Assembly (NCBI RefSeq): GCF_000737315.1 | Contig: NZ_JMCB01000025.1 | Coordinates: forward strand, 1 to 64,000 | Origin: Hyalangium minutum | GTDB lineage: Bacteria > Myxococcota > Myxococcia > Myxococcales > Myxococcaceae | DNA: 64,000 bases | Direction of reading: 5' to 3' | In this document: one piece after another, positions 13,638 through 24,723 of the stretch | Layout of the letters: each line of letters begins with the position of its first letter | Position numbering within the stretch: position 1 is the first letter of the stretch | Position numbers and translations under genes: made by a program | Notes under the pieces: model-generated | Databases searched by the model: none | What the model saw: the letters and a program-made list of their open reading frames with translations, nothing else | Told to the model about the DNA's origin: nothing

Positions 13638-16331
13638 ATGCGCTACCTCGCTCTGCTTCCGCTGCTGTTCTCCTGCGCAACCCCCACACCACCCCCGTCG
13701 CTGTCCGCCACGCCGATTATTCCTCCGACGCCCACCGAGGCGACGCGGACCTGGCGCCAGCCCCAGGCGGTGGTCATCCGCCACGCCACGGTGATGCCCG
13801 CCTCCGGTCCCGCCATTGAGGACGGCGCGGTGTCCTTCGCGGACGGCAAGCTGCTCGCAGTGGGCAAGAACGCCGAGGTAGCCACCCCGCCAGGAGCCGA
13901 GGAGATCGACGGCACCGGTCTCTACGTCACTCCGGGCATCATCGACGCTCACAGCCACCTGGGCGTCTATGCCTCCCCGTCGAGCTTCTCCAACGATGAC
14001 GGCAACGAGGCCACTGCTCCTGTCACAGCCGAGGTGGACGCCGAGCACAGCTTCTGGCCCCAGGACCCCGGGCTCCGGCGCGCGGCTGCGGGCGGCATCA
14101 CCTCTATGCTGGTGCTGCCGGGCAGCGCGAACCTCATTGGCGGGCGCGGCTTCCCCGTGAAGCTGCACTTCGGCCGCACGGCGTCGGAGATGCGGTTCCC
14201 GGGCGCCAAGGACGTGCTGAAGATGGCCTGTGGCGAGAACCCGCGCCGCGTCTACGGCCAGGATCGCAAGGCGACGCCCTCCACGCGCATGGGGAACGTG
14301 GCTGGCTATCGCCAAGCCTTCGCCCAGGCGCGCGACTACCTGAACAAGATCGATGATTGGGAGAAGAAGCGGGAGAAGAAGCCGGACGAGGCCGGCCCGC
14401 CGCCCATGCGTGACCTGAAGCTGGAGACACTGGCGGAGGTGCTGCGCGGCAACATCCTGGTGCAGAACCACTGCTACCGTGCGGACGAGATGGCGGTGAT
14501 GCTCCAGGTGGCCGAGGAGAACGGCTTCACCGTTCGCGCCTTCCACCACGCGCTGGAGGCCTACAAGCTGCGCGACATGCTGGCCGAGAAGCACGTAGCG
14601 GTGGCCACCTGGGCGGACTGGTGGGGCTTCAAGCTGGAGGCGTGGGATGGCATCCCGGAGAACGCGGGGCTCGTGTCGCAGGCGGGTGGGCGGGCGGTCA
14701 TCCACTCGGACTCGGCGTACGGCATTCAGCGGCTGAACCAGGAGGCGGGCAAGGCGATGTGGCGCGCCCGCGAGTCCGGCATCCCCATCCCCGAGGAGGA
14801 GGCCCTCCGCTGGGTGACGCTGAACGCGGCGTGGGTGATGGGGGAGGATGACAAGACGGGCACGCTGGAGCCGGGGAAGATGGCGGACGTGGTCCTGTGG
14901 AGGGGGCACCCGCTGAGCGTGTACGCGCGGGCGCAGCGCGTCTGGGCCGACGGTGTAAGCACCTTTGACGCGGCCCAGGGTGCCGTGGACACGAGCGACT
15001 TCGAGGTCGGCGAGCGCGCGGGCACGGCGGCGAAGCTGGTCGCGCAGCCAGCGGCAGTGCCTGCGCTGCAGGACCTGGGACTGACGGTCCGCTGCGACGC
15101 GCTGAAGGACTCGGCCTGTGCCGAGCGGCTCCCGGTGAGCGCCGAGGCGTGCACGGCCTTCCAGGGCATCACGGTCTTTACCGGCACCGGGTGGCTCAAG
15201 GACGCCTCGGTCGTGGTGGAGGGAGGGAAGGTGACGCGCGTGCAGGCTGGAGCGCTGGGCACGCTGCCCGCGGGCTGCCGAAGCGTGGAAGGGAAGGGGC
15301 GCTTGTTGACGCCGGGCTTCATGGAGTCCTTCTCAGGGCTGGGGCTGACGGAGGTGCTGCAGGAGGAGTCCACGTTCGACTACGGGCCACGCGGTGATGT
15401 GGCGGCGAAGGAGCCCATCCGTGCGGCGCAGCGGGCGGCGGACGCCATCAATCCGGCCTCTGCGCTCTTCCCGGTGGCGCGGCTGGGCGGAGTGACGGCG
15501 GCGGCGGCGGTGCCTGGGGGAGGGTTGGTTCCGGGGCAGAGCGCGTGGGTGGCCACGGACGGCAGCATCCGGCGCTCACCGCTGGCGCTCCACATCAACC
15601 TGGGCGGCGCGGGCCGGGACGCACTGTCCAGTTCGCGCTCCGCGGTGATCGAGCGCCTGCGCGAGCTGCTCTTCGACGCCCGCGAGTACGGCAAGCGCAA
15701 GGCGGACTTCGAGCAGAACCGAATGCGTCACGTGGCGGCGAGCCGGCTGGATCTGGAGGCACTGCAGGAGGTGCTGTCCGAGAAGCTGCCGGTGGTGGTG
15801 TACGCGGATCGGGTGTCGGATCTGCTCGCGGCGCTGGAGCTGGCACGAGAGTACGGGCTCAAGCTGATCCTCGCGGGCGGGGACGAGGCGTGGCTGGTGG
15901 CGAAGGAGCTCGCGGCGGCGAAGGTGCCCGTCATCCTCCTGCCGACCCAGAACCTGCCGAAGGACTTCGACGCACTGAGCAGCCGGTTGGACGCGGCGGC
16001 GCTGCTCCGGGCGGCGGGGGTGAAGGTGCTCTTCTCCACCCTGGGCGAGCCGCACCAGGTCCGCACGCTGGCGCAGGAGGCGGGTAACGCGGTGGCGTGG
16101 GGCCTGCCGCACACGGAGGCGTTGCGCGCCATCACCTCGAACGTGGCGGAGGCCTTCGGGGTGGACGGCGGGCGTGTCGCTCCGGGAGCGGTGGCGGATC
16201 TGGTGCTGTGGAACGGAGATCCACTGGAATCCTCGAGCCGTCCGCTGGGCATGTGGCTCGCGGGTAAGCAGGTGCCGTTGAACAGCCGGCAGCAGGCGCT
16301 CTTCGAGAAGCACCGCACCCTGCCGAAGTGA
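13638..16331 (+). CDS. lipoprotein amidohydrolase with two tandem amidohydrolase domains
   Basis: LLFSC lipobox; domain 1 [10 protein letters not shown]...HCY...HHALE...HSD; domain 2 [10 protein letters not shown]...[19 protein letters not shown]. Confidence 0.88.
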   Translation: MRYLALLPLLFSCATPTPPPSLSATPIIPPTPTEATRTWRQPQAVVIRHATVMPASGPAIEDGAVSFADGKLLAVGKNAEVATPPGAEEIDGTGLYVTPGIIDAHSHLGVYASPSSFSNDDGNEATAPVTAEVDAEHSFWPQDPGLRRAAAGGITSMLVLPGSANLIGGRGFPVKLHFGRTASEMRFPGAKDVLKMACGENPRRVYGQDRKATPSTRMGNVAGYRQAFAQARDYLNKIDDWEKKREKKPDEAGPPPMRDLKLETLAEVLRGNILVQNHCYRADEMAVMLQVAEENGFTVRAFHHALEAYKLRDMLAEKHVAVATWADWWGFKLEAWDGIPENAGLVSQAGGRAVIHSDSAYGIQRLNQEAGKAMWRARESGIPIPEEEALRWVTLNAAWVMGEDDKTGTLEPGKMADVVLWRGHPLSVYARAQRVWADGVSTFDAAQGAVDTSDFEVGERAGTAAKLVAQPAAVPALQDLGLTVRCDALKDSACAERLPVSAEACTAFQGITVFTGTGWLKDASVVVEGGKVTRVQAGALGTLPAGCRSVEGKGRLLTPGFMESFSGLGLTEVLQEESTFDYGPRGDVAAKEPIRAAQRAADAINPASALFPVARLGGVTAAAAVPGGGLVPGQSAWVATDGSIRRSPLALHINLGGAGRDALSSSRSAVIERLRELLFDAREYGKRKADFEQNRMRHVAASRLDLEALQEVLSEKLPVVVYADRVSDLLAALELAREYGLKLILAGGDEAWLVAKELAAAKVPVILLPTQNLPKDFDALSSRLDAAALLRAAGVKVLFSTLGEPHQVRTLAQEAGNAVAWGLPHTEALRAITSNVAEAFGVDGGRVAPGAVADLVLWNGDPLESSSRPLGMWLAGKQVPLNSRQQALFEKHRTLPK

Positions 16332-16430
16332 GGCGGGGGCGGTACTGCTCCGGTGGTACAGACCGGCCGGGTTCAGCGGAGCACAGTGCCTCGGGCGACG
16401 ACGCCTGTGTTTCCCAAGGAGAGCCCGGCA

Positions 16431-16733
16431 ATGATCTTCATTTCCAAGCAAGAGGTGGTTCGCACCATTCGCGAGATGGCCAGGACGCGGAAGGTGTACT
16501 TCGACAACAGCGGTGCGTTCCTGTTCAACCAGGCTCCGCATCTCAACACGCAGCACGTGATCGACATCCTCTCCACGGCCACGGAAGGGGTCGTCACGGT
16601 GCACGAGGACCGTGCGGACCTGAATAAGTACTCGGTGGTCTCGCCCGTCCAGGACGTGGAGATCTACCTGGACGCGGATCTTCGCAAGGAGTTGACGGTC
16701 CGGGCCATCATGCCGATCGACCACCGCAACTGA
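16431..16733 (+). CDS. small hypothetical protein (100 aa)
   Basis: AAGGAGA RBS, GC3-biased codons, followed by a hairpin. Confidence 0.7.
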   Translation: MIFISKQEVVRTIREMARTRKVYFDNSGAFLFNQAPHLNTQHVIDILSTATEGVVTVHEDRADLNKYSVVSPVQDVEIYLDADLRKELTVRAIMPIDHRN

Positions 16734-16744
16734 GGCCAGAAAGG

Positions 16745-16777
16745 CCGCGGCCGCCCTCACGAAGAGAGCGGCCGCGG
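16745..16777. terminator. GC-rich hairpin between convergent genes
   Basis: CCGCGGCCGC (16745-16754) pairs with GCGGCCGCGG (16768-16777). Confidence 0.6.
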
Positions 16778-16808
16778 TTGCACGCCAGGCCGTGGGGACC
16801 CTGGCGCG

Positions 16809-18449
16809 TCAATCTCCCACGTAGACGCCGATGGAGCCCGTCACCCAGCGCTTGTCGCTGCGCTCGTAACCCATGAAGCCCACGAGGACGCGGCGCTTGC
16901 TGCCCGACATATCGATCTGGATGTCGGAGATGCGCGAGTTGGCCAACTCCACTCCGAACACCGGCACCCCGTAGTGCGCCACGGTGTTGTCCTTCACCCG
17001 GCTGACACCGCCGCCCCAGCTCGCACCCGCCCAGATGCTGCCATTGATCGGGTCTGCGGCCACCGAGGACACCAGGCCTCGGCGATCCGCCAGCTCTGTG
17101 CTCAGCCGGCGCACCACCTGTCCCTCGGGCGTCAGCTGCGCCAGCCCGCGAGAGAAGGAGCCCACCCACACGCTGCCGTCCTTCGTCACCGCGATGCCGG
17201 AGACATGGTCCGAGGTGCGCTCCTCGGGCCGGGGCATGTTCGGCTCGCCGACGGCATCCGGCCAGATGTCCAAGCGGTTCCAGGCGTAGGGCGTGTCCTC
17301 CGTCATCACCTGGGCCTGGAAGTAGTCCGGGTTCTCCATGCTGCCGGTGCTGGTGACGTAGCGGAACCGGGTGGTGCGATCCGAGCCGCCGAACCACACG
17401 TCGCCACTCGGATCCACCCCGACGCCGTAGTACGCGTCCGTGAGCAGCGCGTTGTGCACGCGCCACTGCGACGGATCATTCGGGTAGCGCTCCCGGTCTT
17501 CTCGCTCGTTCGAGTAGACCCACGCATTGAGCGCGGGGTGGACGTGCTCGAAGACGCCGCAGTTGAGCTGTCCGTTGCACGCGGGACGCGGATCGATGTT
17601 CGCGTCGCCCCAGGCGAAGCCGTGGTTGCCTCCGAACCACACGCTGTGCGTCCGCGCGTCATAGGCAATGCGCAGAATGCTGCAGAGCTTCTCGCGGCCG
17701 CGCGGCTCGTCCCGGACGATCTCGGGTCCGGAGAAGATGTCGTAGTGCACCGTATCGATGGTGCCATCCGGCATCAGCATCACCTTGTCCGCATCACCGC
17801 TCTTGTAGCGGGCGGGATCCGGGTGGGATCCATCCCAGTTGGCCTCGCAGTGGTCGTCGCCGTCGCCGGGCATGCCCTCGTAGCCGACGAAGACGGTGTT
17901 GGCCGGCCCACCCGCCACGGAGATGACCTTGAGGTACTTGGGGCCCGGCGGCGTGCCGCCATCCGGCATGTAGCCATAGGGGCGCAGCCCGTCCTCCAGG
18001 GTGTAGCGCCGGAAGCGCGCTTCACCGGACCGGAGCACGAAGAGGCCCTCCTCGCCACCGGCCACCCAGAGGTTGCCGGAGGCATCGGCCGACACCCCGT
18101 AGACCTTCTGCGGTCCGCCCTCGTTCACCCCGTAGAAAGTCCAGCCTTCCGTGGTGGGAGGCGGGACGATGATGGGAGGCGGAGCGGGCGGAGGCGGCGG
18201 AGGCGGCGGCTGCTCCGGCTCCTCGTTTGGAGGTGTTTCCGGATCCGGATTGCCCGTGGTGGGAGTCTCCGGCGGCGGGTTCGTCACAGGCGGCGTCTGC
18301 GGCCCTGGATTCTCCACCACAGGGGGATCGTCCAACCCCGGATTTCCTTTTTCCGACACATCGCGCTTGCTCGTCTCACTGGTGCAGCCCGTCGACCACA
18401 CGAGACTTGCCGCTACCAGCGCCCCTGCCCACCGCCATACACCCCTCAT
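16809..18449 (-). CDS. lipoprotein with Pro-rich linker and beta-propeller repeats
   Basis: VWSTGC lipobox; poly-Pro linker; repeated GVSADASGNLWVAG, GVGVDPSGDVWFG, GIAVTKDGSVWVG blades. Confidence 0.8.
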   Translation of the reverse strand: MRGVWRWAGALVAASLVWSTGCTSETSKRDVSEKGNPGLDDPPVVENPGPQTPPVTNPPPETPTTGNPDPETPPNEEPEQPPPPPPPPAPPPIIVPPPTTEGWTFYGVNEGGPQKVYGVSADASGNLWVAGGEEGLFVLRSGEARFRRYTLEDGLRPYGYMPDGGTPPGPKYLKVISVAGGPANTVFVGYEGMPGDGDDHCEANWDGSHPDPARYKSGDADKVMLMPDGTIDTVHYDIFSGPEIVRDEPRGREKLCSILRIAYDARTHSVWFGGNHGFAWGDANIDPRPACNGQLNCGVFEHVHPALNAWVYSNEREDRERYPNDPSQWRVHNALLTDAYYGVGVDPSGDVWFGGSDRTTRFRYVTSTGSMENPDYFQAQVMTEDTPYAWNRLDIWPDAVGEPNMPRPEERTSDHVSGIAVTKDGSVWVGSFSRGLAQLTPEGQVVRRLSTELADRRGLVSSVAADPINGSIWAGASWGGGVSRVKDNTVAHYGVPVFGVELANSRISDIQIDMSGSKRRVLVGFMGYERSDKRWVTGSIGVYVGD

Positions 18450-18645
18450 AAGCCCCTCACCCCAGATGAAGACAGATGTCGGAGACACCCATTCCCCTGT
18501 CTTCCCTGGCAAGGACAGTGCCAACGCGACCCCTCACGGAAGGAGGGTGGGGCGTCCGTTGCTGGACAGGCGGTGGGTAAGGCACTTCCCACGCAGTGCA
18601 GGCGACTGTCCCGGTCAACCCCCAAACCGTGCTACGCCCTGGGGT

Positions 18646-19350
18646 ATGAGCGGGAACGACGTCCGCGGCCGCACGCCCTTGTCCTTGGTGGCCCAGGAGC
18701 CGGATCTCCATTTCTACATGCAGCGAGCCGGTGAGCGCGGTGGGCCGGTGCTGGTGCTGGGAGCCGCGAATGGGCGGGTCCCCTGGTCGCTGGCCGGGCA
18801 TGGCTTCGAGGCGGTGGGCGTAGACCCTTCCGAGGTGATGATCCGTTCCGCCGAGGAGCGCCGCTCTTCCGAGTCGGCCGAGGTCTCCGCCCGCGTGCGT
18901 TTCATCGTCTCGGACGTACGGGCGCTGCGGCTGGCGGAGCGCTTCCCGTTGGTGCTCGCGCCGCAGCATGCGCTGGGGCTGATGTCGACGCTGGATGATC
19001 TGGACGCCTTCATGGCCACGGTGTGCCACCACCTGGCGCCCGGAGGGACGTTCATCTTCGACGTGCTGAACCCGCCGCGCGAGGCCATCATCCGCGACGA
19101 CGACGACGAGCACGCGCCGCGCGAGCCGCTGGAGCCGCGCCGTCCGCTGTTCGCCCGGCACCTGCGCGAGCGCAGACCGCCCGGAGGCACCGCACCCATC
19201 CGCCGGCTGAAGCTGCGTCACTTCGCGCCCGAGGAACTGGACGAGGCGCTATCCCACTGCGGGCTGTCGCTGCACGAGCGCTATGGTCGCTTCGACGGCA
19301 AGCCGTTCGACTTGCAGGACTCGCGGCAGATCGGCGTGGCGACGCTGTGA
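18646..19350 (+). CDS. class I SAM-dependent methyltransferase-like protein
   Basis: PVLVLGAANGR (degenerate motif I), VGVDPS, SDVRAL, HLAPGGTFIFD. Confidence 0.75.
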   Translation: MSGNDVRGRTPLSLVAQEPDLHFYMQRAGERGGPVLVLGAANGRVPWSLAGHGFEAVGVDPSEVMIRSAEERRSSESAEVSARVRFIVSDVRALRLAERFPLVLAPQHALGLMSTLDDLDAFMATVCHHLAPGGTFIFDVLNPPREAIIRDDDDEHAPREPLEPRRPLFARHLRERRPPGGTAPIRRLKLRHFAPEELDEALSHCGLSLHERYGRFDGKPFDLQDSRQIGVATL

Positions 19351-19360
19351 GCCGCAGTCC

Positions 19361-20050
19361 TCAGCGATCGAACCGGTAGCCCAGGCCGCGGACCGTGAGG
19401 AAGTGTCGCGGGTCCTCGGGATCCGGCTCGAACTTGAGCCGCAGCTGGCGCACGAAGTTGTCCACCGTCCGGGCGCTGCCCTCGTAGTCGAAGCCCCACG
19501 CGCCCGACAGCAACTCCTCGCGCGTGAACGTGCGCCCCGGGTGCGCCAGGAAGTGCGCCAGCAGCTTGAACTCCTGCGCCGTCAGCTCCACCGGCTTGCC
19601 CGCCCGCGACACCGTCCGCGACACCAGCTCCACCTCCACATCTCCGAAGGTGACGGGCGGCGTGCCCGTGAGCGGATAGCGCCGGCGCAGCACCGCCTTG
19701 ATGCGCGCCAGCAGCTCCTGCAGCCCGAACGGCTTCGCCACATAGTCATCCGCGCCCAGGTTCAGGCCGAGAATCTTGTCCATCTCCTGGCCCTTGGCGG
19801 AGAGCATCACCACCGGCGTGTCCCGGCCCCGGCGTCGCAGCTCCTTGAGCAGCTCGTAGCCGTTGAGCTCCGGCAGCATGATGTCCAGCACCATCAGGTC
19901 CGGCGCCTCGTCCATCGCCTTGGCCAGCCCGGTGCGCCCATCCTGGGCCTGCAGCACCTCGTAGCCCTCGATGCGCAGGTTCATGGACAGCCCCGTGAGG
20001 ATGGCCAGGTCATCCTCGACCACCAGGATGCGCTGCGACTTCTCGCTCAT
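19361..20050 (-). CDS. OmpR/PhoB family response regulator
   Basis: [23 protein letters not shown] receiver plus winged helix [13 protein letters not shown]...TVRGLGYRF. Confidence 0.95.
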   Translation of the reverse strand: MSEKSQRILVVEDDLAILTGLSMNLRIEGYEVLQAQDGRTGLAKAMDEAPDLMVLDIMLPELNGYELLKELRRRGRDTPVVMLSAKGQEMDKILGLNLGADDYVAKPFGLQELLARIKAVLRRRYPLTGTPPVTFGDVEVELVSRTVSRAGKPVELTAQEFKLLAHFLAHPGRTFTREELLSGAWGFDYEGSARTVDNFVRQLRLKFEPDPEDPRHFLTVRGLGYRFDR

Positions 20051-21567
20051 GCCTTGCCCACCGGAAGCTGGAGGGTGAAGCGGCTGCCCTTGCCCACCTC
20101 ACTCTGCACCAGGATGCGTCCGCCGTGCGCCTCGATGATGCGCTTGGTGATGGCGAGCCCCAACCCGCTTCCGTCCGTCTTGCGCGTCAGCAGGTTATCC
20201 ACTCGATAGAAGCGCTCGAAGATGCGCTTGCGCTCCCTGGGAGCAATCCCCACGCCGTTGTCCTCCACCGACAGGCCCACCCACTTGCCCTCTGCCTGGG
20301 CCGAGACGGTGATGCGCTTGTCCTGCCCGCTGTACTTGTAGGCGTTCTGCAACAGGTTGAGCAGCGCCCCCGCCACCGCGTGCCGGTCCGCCTCCACCGG
20401 CGGCAGGCTCGTGGGCACCTCCACCTTCAGCTCCACGCCGCTGTCCAGCCGCTGCGCCCGGAAGGCCGCCACTGCCTCCTCCACCAGATGAGACACCTGC
20501 AGCTGCTCGAGGTGGTACTCCTTGCGCCCGCTCTCGATGCGTGCCCAGTCCAGCACCCGCTCGATGAGCGAGGACAGCCGCTCCGTCTCCCGCGTGAGCA
20601 ACTGGAGCACCTCCTGCGTCTGCGCTGGATCCTTCAGCCGCCCCAGCGCCAGCGTCTCGATGAACATGCGGATGGAGGTGAGGGGCGTGCGCAGCTCATG
20701 GCTCACCAGCGACACGAAGTCTGTCTTCATCCGAGACAGCTTCGCCTCGCGGTACAGCGTGCGGCCCGTGTACACCACGCCCCACGTCAGCGTCAGGTAG
20801 AACAGCACCAGCAGCACTGCGTACACCACCCGGTTGCGCGTGGAGGCCCGCGCCACTGGATCCTCACCCGTGGGCAGCACCACCAGCCGGAAGTCCTGCA
20901 GCGGTGGAGACAGCACCCGCTCGGCCAGCACCGGCGGCCCCAGTGCGTTGGCCCGCGCCTGCACCACCTCGGACATGAGCCGGTTCACCAGGCCCTCACC
21001 CGCCTCTCGTGGCACCGGCAGCAGGGCGAAGCGCACGGGCTCCGGAGACGCGACGTAGCGATCCGCCCGCGCTGCCACCAGCGCCTCCACCTTCGCATCG
21101 GAGAGCTGCACGCCGTGCACCGCATCGCCCGTGCGCTCGGTGGCGATGAGGCGTGGCTGTCCGCCCACCACGAGCGAGAAGAAGGTGCGCTCAGCCGGCA
21201 GGTTTGTCAGGTCCGTCAGCACCGAGGCCAACGTCGCCGAGAGTGCCGCATTCGCGGACTCCACCGCGCCCCCGCGCACCTGAAAGGGCAGCTCGGAGAG
21301 CACCTGCGCCTCGGGCGTCACCAGCACCAGCGTGCCGCCCCGCTCCTCGAAGCGCGTCTGTCGCAGCTCCTGGGGCAGCTCCTCCGCCAGCGCCTCGAGC
21401 GTCCCGTGCCAGGCCGCCTCCAGCCGCTTCTCCACCGCTGCGCGCTCGTTGATGATGGCCACCACCCCGAACCCGGACAGCCCCGCCGACGGGAGCACGA
21501 CCAGCAGGATGAGCAGCGCGAACGTGCGCCGGAAGCTCAAGACGATCGGGGTGGAAGCGCGAGACAC
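20047..21567 (-). CDS. membrane sensor histidine kinase, cognate of the downstream regulator
   Basis: two TM segments; [10 protein letters not shown]-box; [21 protein letters not shown]; ATGA overlap with the regulator. Confidence 0.95.
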   Translation of the reverse strand: MSRASTPIVLSFRRTFALLILLVVLPSAGLSGFGVVAIINERAAVEKRLEAAWHGTLEALAEELPQELRQTRFEERGGTLVLVTPEAQVLSELPFQVRGGAVESANAALSATLASVLTDLTNLPAERTFFSLVVGGQPRLIATERTGDAVHGVQLSDAKVEALVAARADRYVASPEPVRFALLPVPREAGEGLVNRLMSEVVQARANALGPPVLAERVLSPPLQDFRLVVLPTGEDPVARASTRNRVVYAVLLVLFYLTLTWGVVYTGRTLYREAKLSRMKTDFVSLVSHELRTPLTSIRMFIETLALGRLKDPAQTQEVLQLLTRETERLSSLIERVLDWARIESGRKEYHLEQLQVSHLVEEAVAAFRAQRLDSGVELKVEVPTSLPPVEADRHAVAGALLNLLQNAYKYSGQDKRITVSAQAEGKWVGLSVEDNGVGIAPRERKRIFERFYRVDNLLTRKTDGSGLGLAITKRIIEAHGGRILVQSEVGKGSRFTLQLPVGKA

Positions 21568-21825
21568 GTCCCTCTTCCTTTACTCCTGTCCACCGGTGTG
21601 CGCTCGTGTCGTTTCGCACGCGGAGAGGAAACTCCAGGGTGTCCGAGGGCTTACACCGGATGTAGGGAAACATTCGACTTTCCGTGTCGTTCGGTGGCAC
21701 CATGCAGCGGTTGATCAGGGAAGAGGCAGCCGGGCCGGATGCCTCTCCACGGTATGCGCACCGAGCGCCAGGGCCTTCAGGGCCGGGAAGTGGCTGGCAC
21801 GGTGCGGCTTAGGAGGAGACTCCCC

Positions 21826-23853
21826 ATGAAGAAGCGAGTGCTGGCCGCAGCGCTGGTAGCCGTTCTCGGGCTGACCGGCTGCGAGCAGAAGCCTTCCGCC
21901 ACGTACACGCCGCACGCAGGCACGCTGGCATTGAGCCGGGATGACGCGTTCCTGTACGCGGTGGACTCGGACAACGGAATCGTCGCCGTGGTGGACACCG
22001 CCACGCGCTCCAAGGTGGCCGAGGTGAAGGTCGGCCTGCTGCCCGAGCGCATCACCGTGGGCCCGGATGACACCCTCTATGTCTCCAACGTGGGCAGCCG
22101 CAGCGTGTCCATCATCCGCCGGGACCAGTGGACGGAGGCGGCCCGCCTGGACGTGGGCGTGGAGCCCATGGGCCTGGGGCTGTCGGCGGACGGCAAGACG
22201 CTCTACGTGGTGAACAGCGCCATGCTGGAGTCCACCGAACAGGGCTCGCTGATGGCGTTCGATACGGGCTCGCTCAAGCGCCTGTGGGAGCTGCCCGTGG
22301 GCGACGAGCCGCGCGGCCTGGCCATCCTGGAGAACGGCAAGGCGCTCATCACCCTGCACCGCAAGGGCGACGTCGTTCAGGTGGACCTGTCCGACCGCGA
22401 CGACCCCAAGCTCGTCAAGACGGGCACGGACGTCTACCAGCGCGCCAACGCTTCGAAGTTCCGCATGGGGGACGGGCGGCCGGGCGTCGACATTGGCTTC
22501 AGCGGCATGGTTTCGTTCCATCCGCGCGGCATGGATGACCTGACGGTGATGCCGGACGGCAGCCGCGCCTTCGCCACGGCGCGGTGGGCGCGCGAGGATC
22601 CCGTCGTGACGCCGGGCCAGCCCACGCCGCCCCCGGGCGGTGGCGGTGGCAGCCTCTATGGTGGCGGTGGCCCCTGCGGCACGGGCGCCATTGCCTCGCC
22701 GGGCGTCATCACCTTCGACGCGGACACCTCCACTCCGGTGGTGGATGATCTCAACGGCGACGGCGGCGGCTGCGGCGGCGGTGGAGACGACGACAAGGAC
22801 TTCCCGCCCAGCACCATCGTCTCCCCGGACCCCACGCACCCCATCCAGGGCCCCATCGCCACGGCGGTGGACCCCACGGGCGCGTGGCTCTTCGTGGTGA
22901 ACCGCGAGACGAACAACGTCGCGGTGATGCCCACCAACCGCCGCTCGGGCAAGGACGTGGAGTTCCGCTTCCCGGCGACCACCGTGCGCCAGCTGGTGCG
23001 CGTGGGCGCGGGCCCCAACGGAATCGCCTTGTCGCGCGATGGGCTCAAGGCCTACGTGTACAACGCCTTCGACCACACGGTGACGACGCTGGTGGGCGAT
23101 GGCTCCTCCAGCGCGCTCAACATCCGCGAGGAGGGGCCGCGCATCAAGGTGGCCGAGGACGTGCTCTCGCCCGAGGCGGCCATGGGCCGCAGGTTGTTCT
23201 TCTCCGCGATCGACTCGCGGATGACGGCCAACAACGTGGGCGCGGCTTGCGCCACCTGCCACCCCAGCGGGCGTGACGATGGCCACGTGTGGGGCTTCCC
23301 GGATGGTCCGCGTCAGACGCCGACGCTGGCCGGCCGCATGATCACCAAGACGGGCCCGTTCCACTGGAGCGGCGAGTTCCCCTCGCTGCGTGACTTCCTG
23401 GACGTGACGGTGCGCCAGCGCATGGGCGGTGGTGTGGTGGACGCGCAGATGGCGAGCCAGCTGGCCGCCTTCCTGGACGTCATGCCCACGCCGGACAACC
23501 CGTACAAGCGTGACGAGCTGACGGACGCGCAGATCCGCGGCTCGACGGCGTTCCTCAAGGCCGAGTGCAACGAGTGCCACACGGGTGAGACGCTCACGAA
23601 CAACAAGCAGGCCAATGTGGGGACGTTCGTGACCAGCGGCTCCAACCCGGACAACGACGTCGTGCGCCAGCACGGGCTCAACACCCCGTCGCTGCTGGGC
23701 CTGGCGCGCAGCGCTCCTTACCTGCACGACGGCAGCGCGCAGACGCTCAAGGAGCGCCTGCTGCAGACGCGCAGCTCCGATACGCACGGCAAGACGTCGC
23801 GGCTGAGCAACGCCGAGCTGGACGATCTGGTCGAGTTCCTGCGCGTGCTGTAA
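21826..23853 (+). CDS. lipoprotein: YncE/YVTN-type beta-propeller fused to a di-heme cytochrome c (CcP/MauG-like) domain
   Basis: AGGAGG RBS; LTGC lipobox; VKVGLLPERI, LDVGVEPMGL, VRVGAGPNGI blades; CATCH and CNECH heme motifs; TPSLLGL...PYLHDGS. Confidence 0.85.
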   Translation: MKKRVLAAALVAVLGLTGCEQKPSATYTPHAGTLALSRDDAFLYAVDSDNGIVAVVDTATRSKVAEVKVGLLPERITVGPDDTLYVSNVGSRSVSIIRRDQWTEAARLDVGVEPMGLGLSADGKTLYVVNSAMLESTEQGSLMAFDTGSLKRLWELPVGDEPRGLAILENGKALITLHRKGDVVQVDLSDRDDPKLVKTGTDVYQRANASKFRMGDGRPGVDIGFSGMVSFHPRGMDDLTVMPDGSRAFATARWAREDPVVTPGQPTPPPGGGGGSLYGGGGPCGTGAIASPGVITFDADTSTPVVDDLNGDGGGCGGGGDDDKDFPPSTIVSPDPTHPIQGPIATAVDPTGAWLFVVNRETNNVAVMPTNRRSGKDVEFRFPATTVRQLVRVGAGPNGIALSRDGLKAYVYNAFDHTVTTLVGDGSSSALNIREEGPRIKVAEDVLSPEAAMGRRLFFSAIDSRMTANNVGAACATCHPSGRDDGHVWGFPDGPRQTPTLAGRMITKTGPFHWSGEFPSLRDFLDVTVRQRMGGGVVDAQMASQLAAFLDVMPTPDNPYKRDELTDAQIRGSTAFLKAECNECHTGETLTNNKQANVGTFVTSGSNPDNDVVRQHGLNTPSLLGLARSAPYLHDGSAQTLKERLLQTRSSDTHGKTSRLSNAELDDLVEFLRVL

Positions 23854-23867
23854 CCGCGCGCTGGCGG

Positions 23868-23900
23868 GGGAGGGCGCCGCACGGCATCCTGCGCCCTCCC
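23868..23900. terminator. hairpin between convergent genes
   Basis: GGGAGGGCGC (23868-23877) pairs with GCGCCCTCCC (23891-23900). Confidence 0.6.
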
Positions 23901-23915
23901 TCCCAGTAGAGGTCC

Positions 23916-24542
23916 TCAGGGTGAGCCCGCGTCCCCCGTGTCGCTGGGAGGCGGGCCCGCATCTCCCGCATCACGAGAGGCCCCACCTGAGGCAATGTCG
24001 CGAACCGCGTCCAGCGCCGCGGGATTGGCCGCCTGCAGGGCGGTGCGCATCACGTCGACGGCGCGCTCCGGTCCCGTGCCCATCCAGGTGACGACCACGA
24101 CGCACGGTGTGTCGTCGTCCCAGGCCACCACCTGAAGCATGCCCGGGACGGGGGAGCGCCGGGCGGCGGCGCGGCCCAGCGCGGGCACCTCCACCCCGCC
24201 CGCGTTCAAGGTGGGAGCGAGCAACTCGCGCACCTCCACGGAAGGGTCCTTCGGCTCGCAGTTGTAGGAGAGCGACACGGTGGTGCCAGGCTCCGCTGCC
24301 GCGCGGAAGGTGCACAGCGGGCCGCATCGAGCGCACGCCCGGTCCTCCTTCACCGTGAAGCCCGGCAGCACCCACTCGCGCAGATCCGAGGGCAGCATCG
24401 CCTCGCAGCTCGCGCCCGTGGCGGCCCCTGGAGGCGGAGGGGGTGGGGGCTGTCCGGCGTCCGCGGACGCGGAGGGTCCGCTCACCCGGCATGCGCCGAG
24501 CGCCAATGTCAGCACCAGTCCCCGGCCCCATCCGGCCCTCAT
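23916..24542 (-). CDS. putative lipoprotein
   Basis: MRAGWGRGLVLTLALGAC lipobox, Pro-rich linker, several Cys. Confidence 0.7.
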   Translation of the reverse strand: MRAGWGRGLVLTLALGACRVSGPSASADAGQPPPPPPPGAATGASCEAMLPSDLREWVLPGFTVKEDRACARCGPLCTFRAAAEPGTTVSLSYNCEPKDPSVEVRELLAPTLNAGGVEVPALGRAAARRSPVPGMLQVVAWDDDTPCVVVVTWMGTGPERAVDVMRTALQAANPAALDAVRDIASGGASRDAGDAGPPPSDTGDAGSP

Positions 24543-24723
24543 CCCGTCTCGCTCCTCGTCCGGCACTCCGGAACCGCGCGGATGGTAGACCGGAGCGGGC
24601 CCCGAAAGGCCACGGCATTGCGCTTGGTTGCTCTCTGCCGGACGTCTGGGAGGAGGGCAGCCCACCCCCCGGGTTGCTTCGTTCCCTGGTATGGGGTGGT
24701 CTACACTGAACCGGGCGATCCCC

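Noticed and set aside
18646-19350. Degenerate methyltransferase motif I (VLVLGAANG) as a sign of a pseudogene
   Set aside because: The frame is intact with normal codon bias and the other motifs present; too little evidence for inactivation.
21791-21806. TGGC...TGC sigma54-like strings upstream of the cytochrome gene (also near 21695)
   Set aside because: Spacing is off by one or the -12 element is GTGC, and the implied start site would fall inside the RBS.
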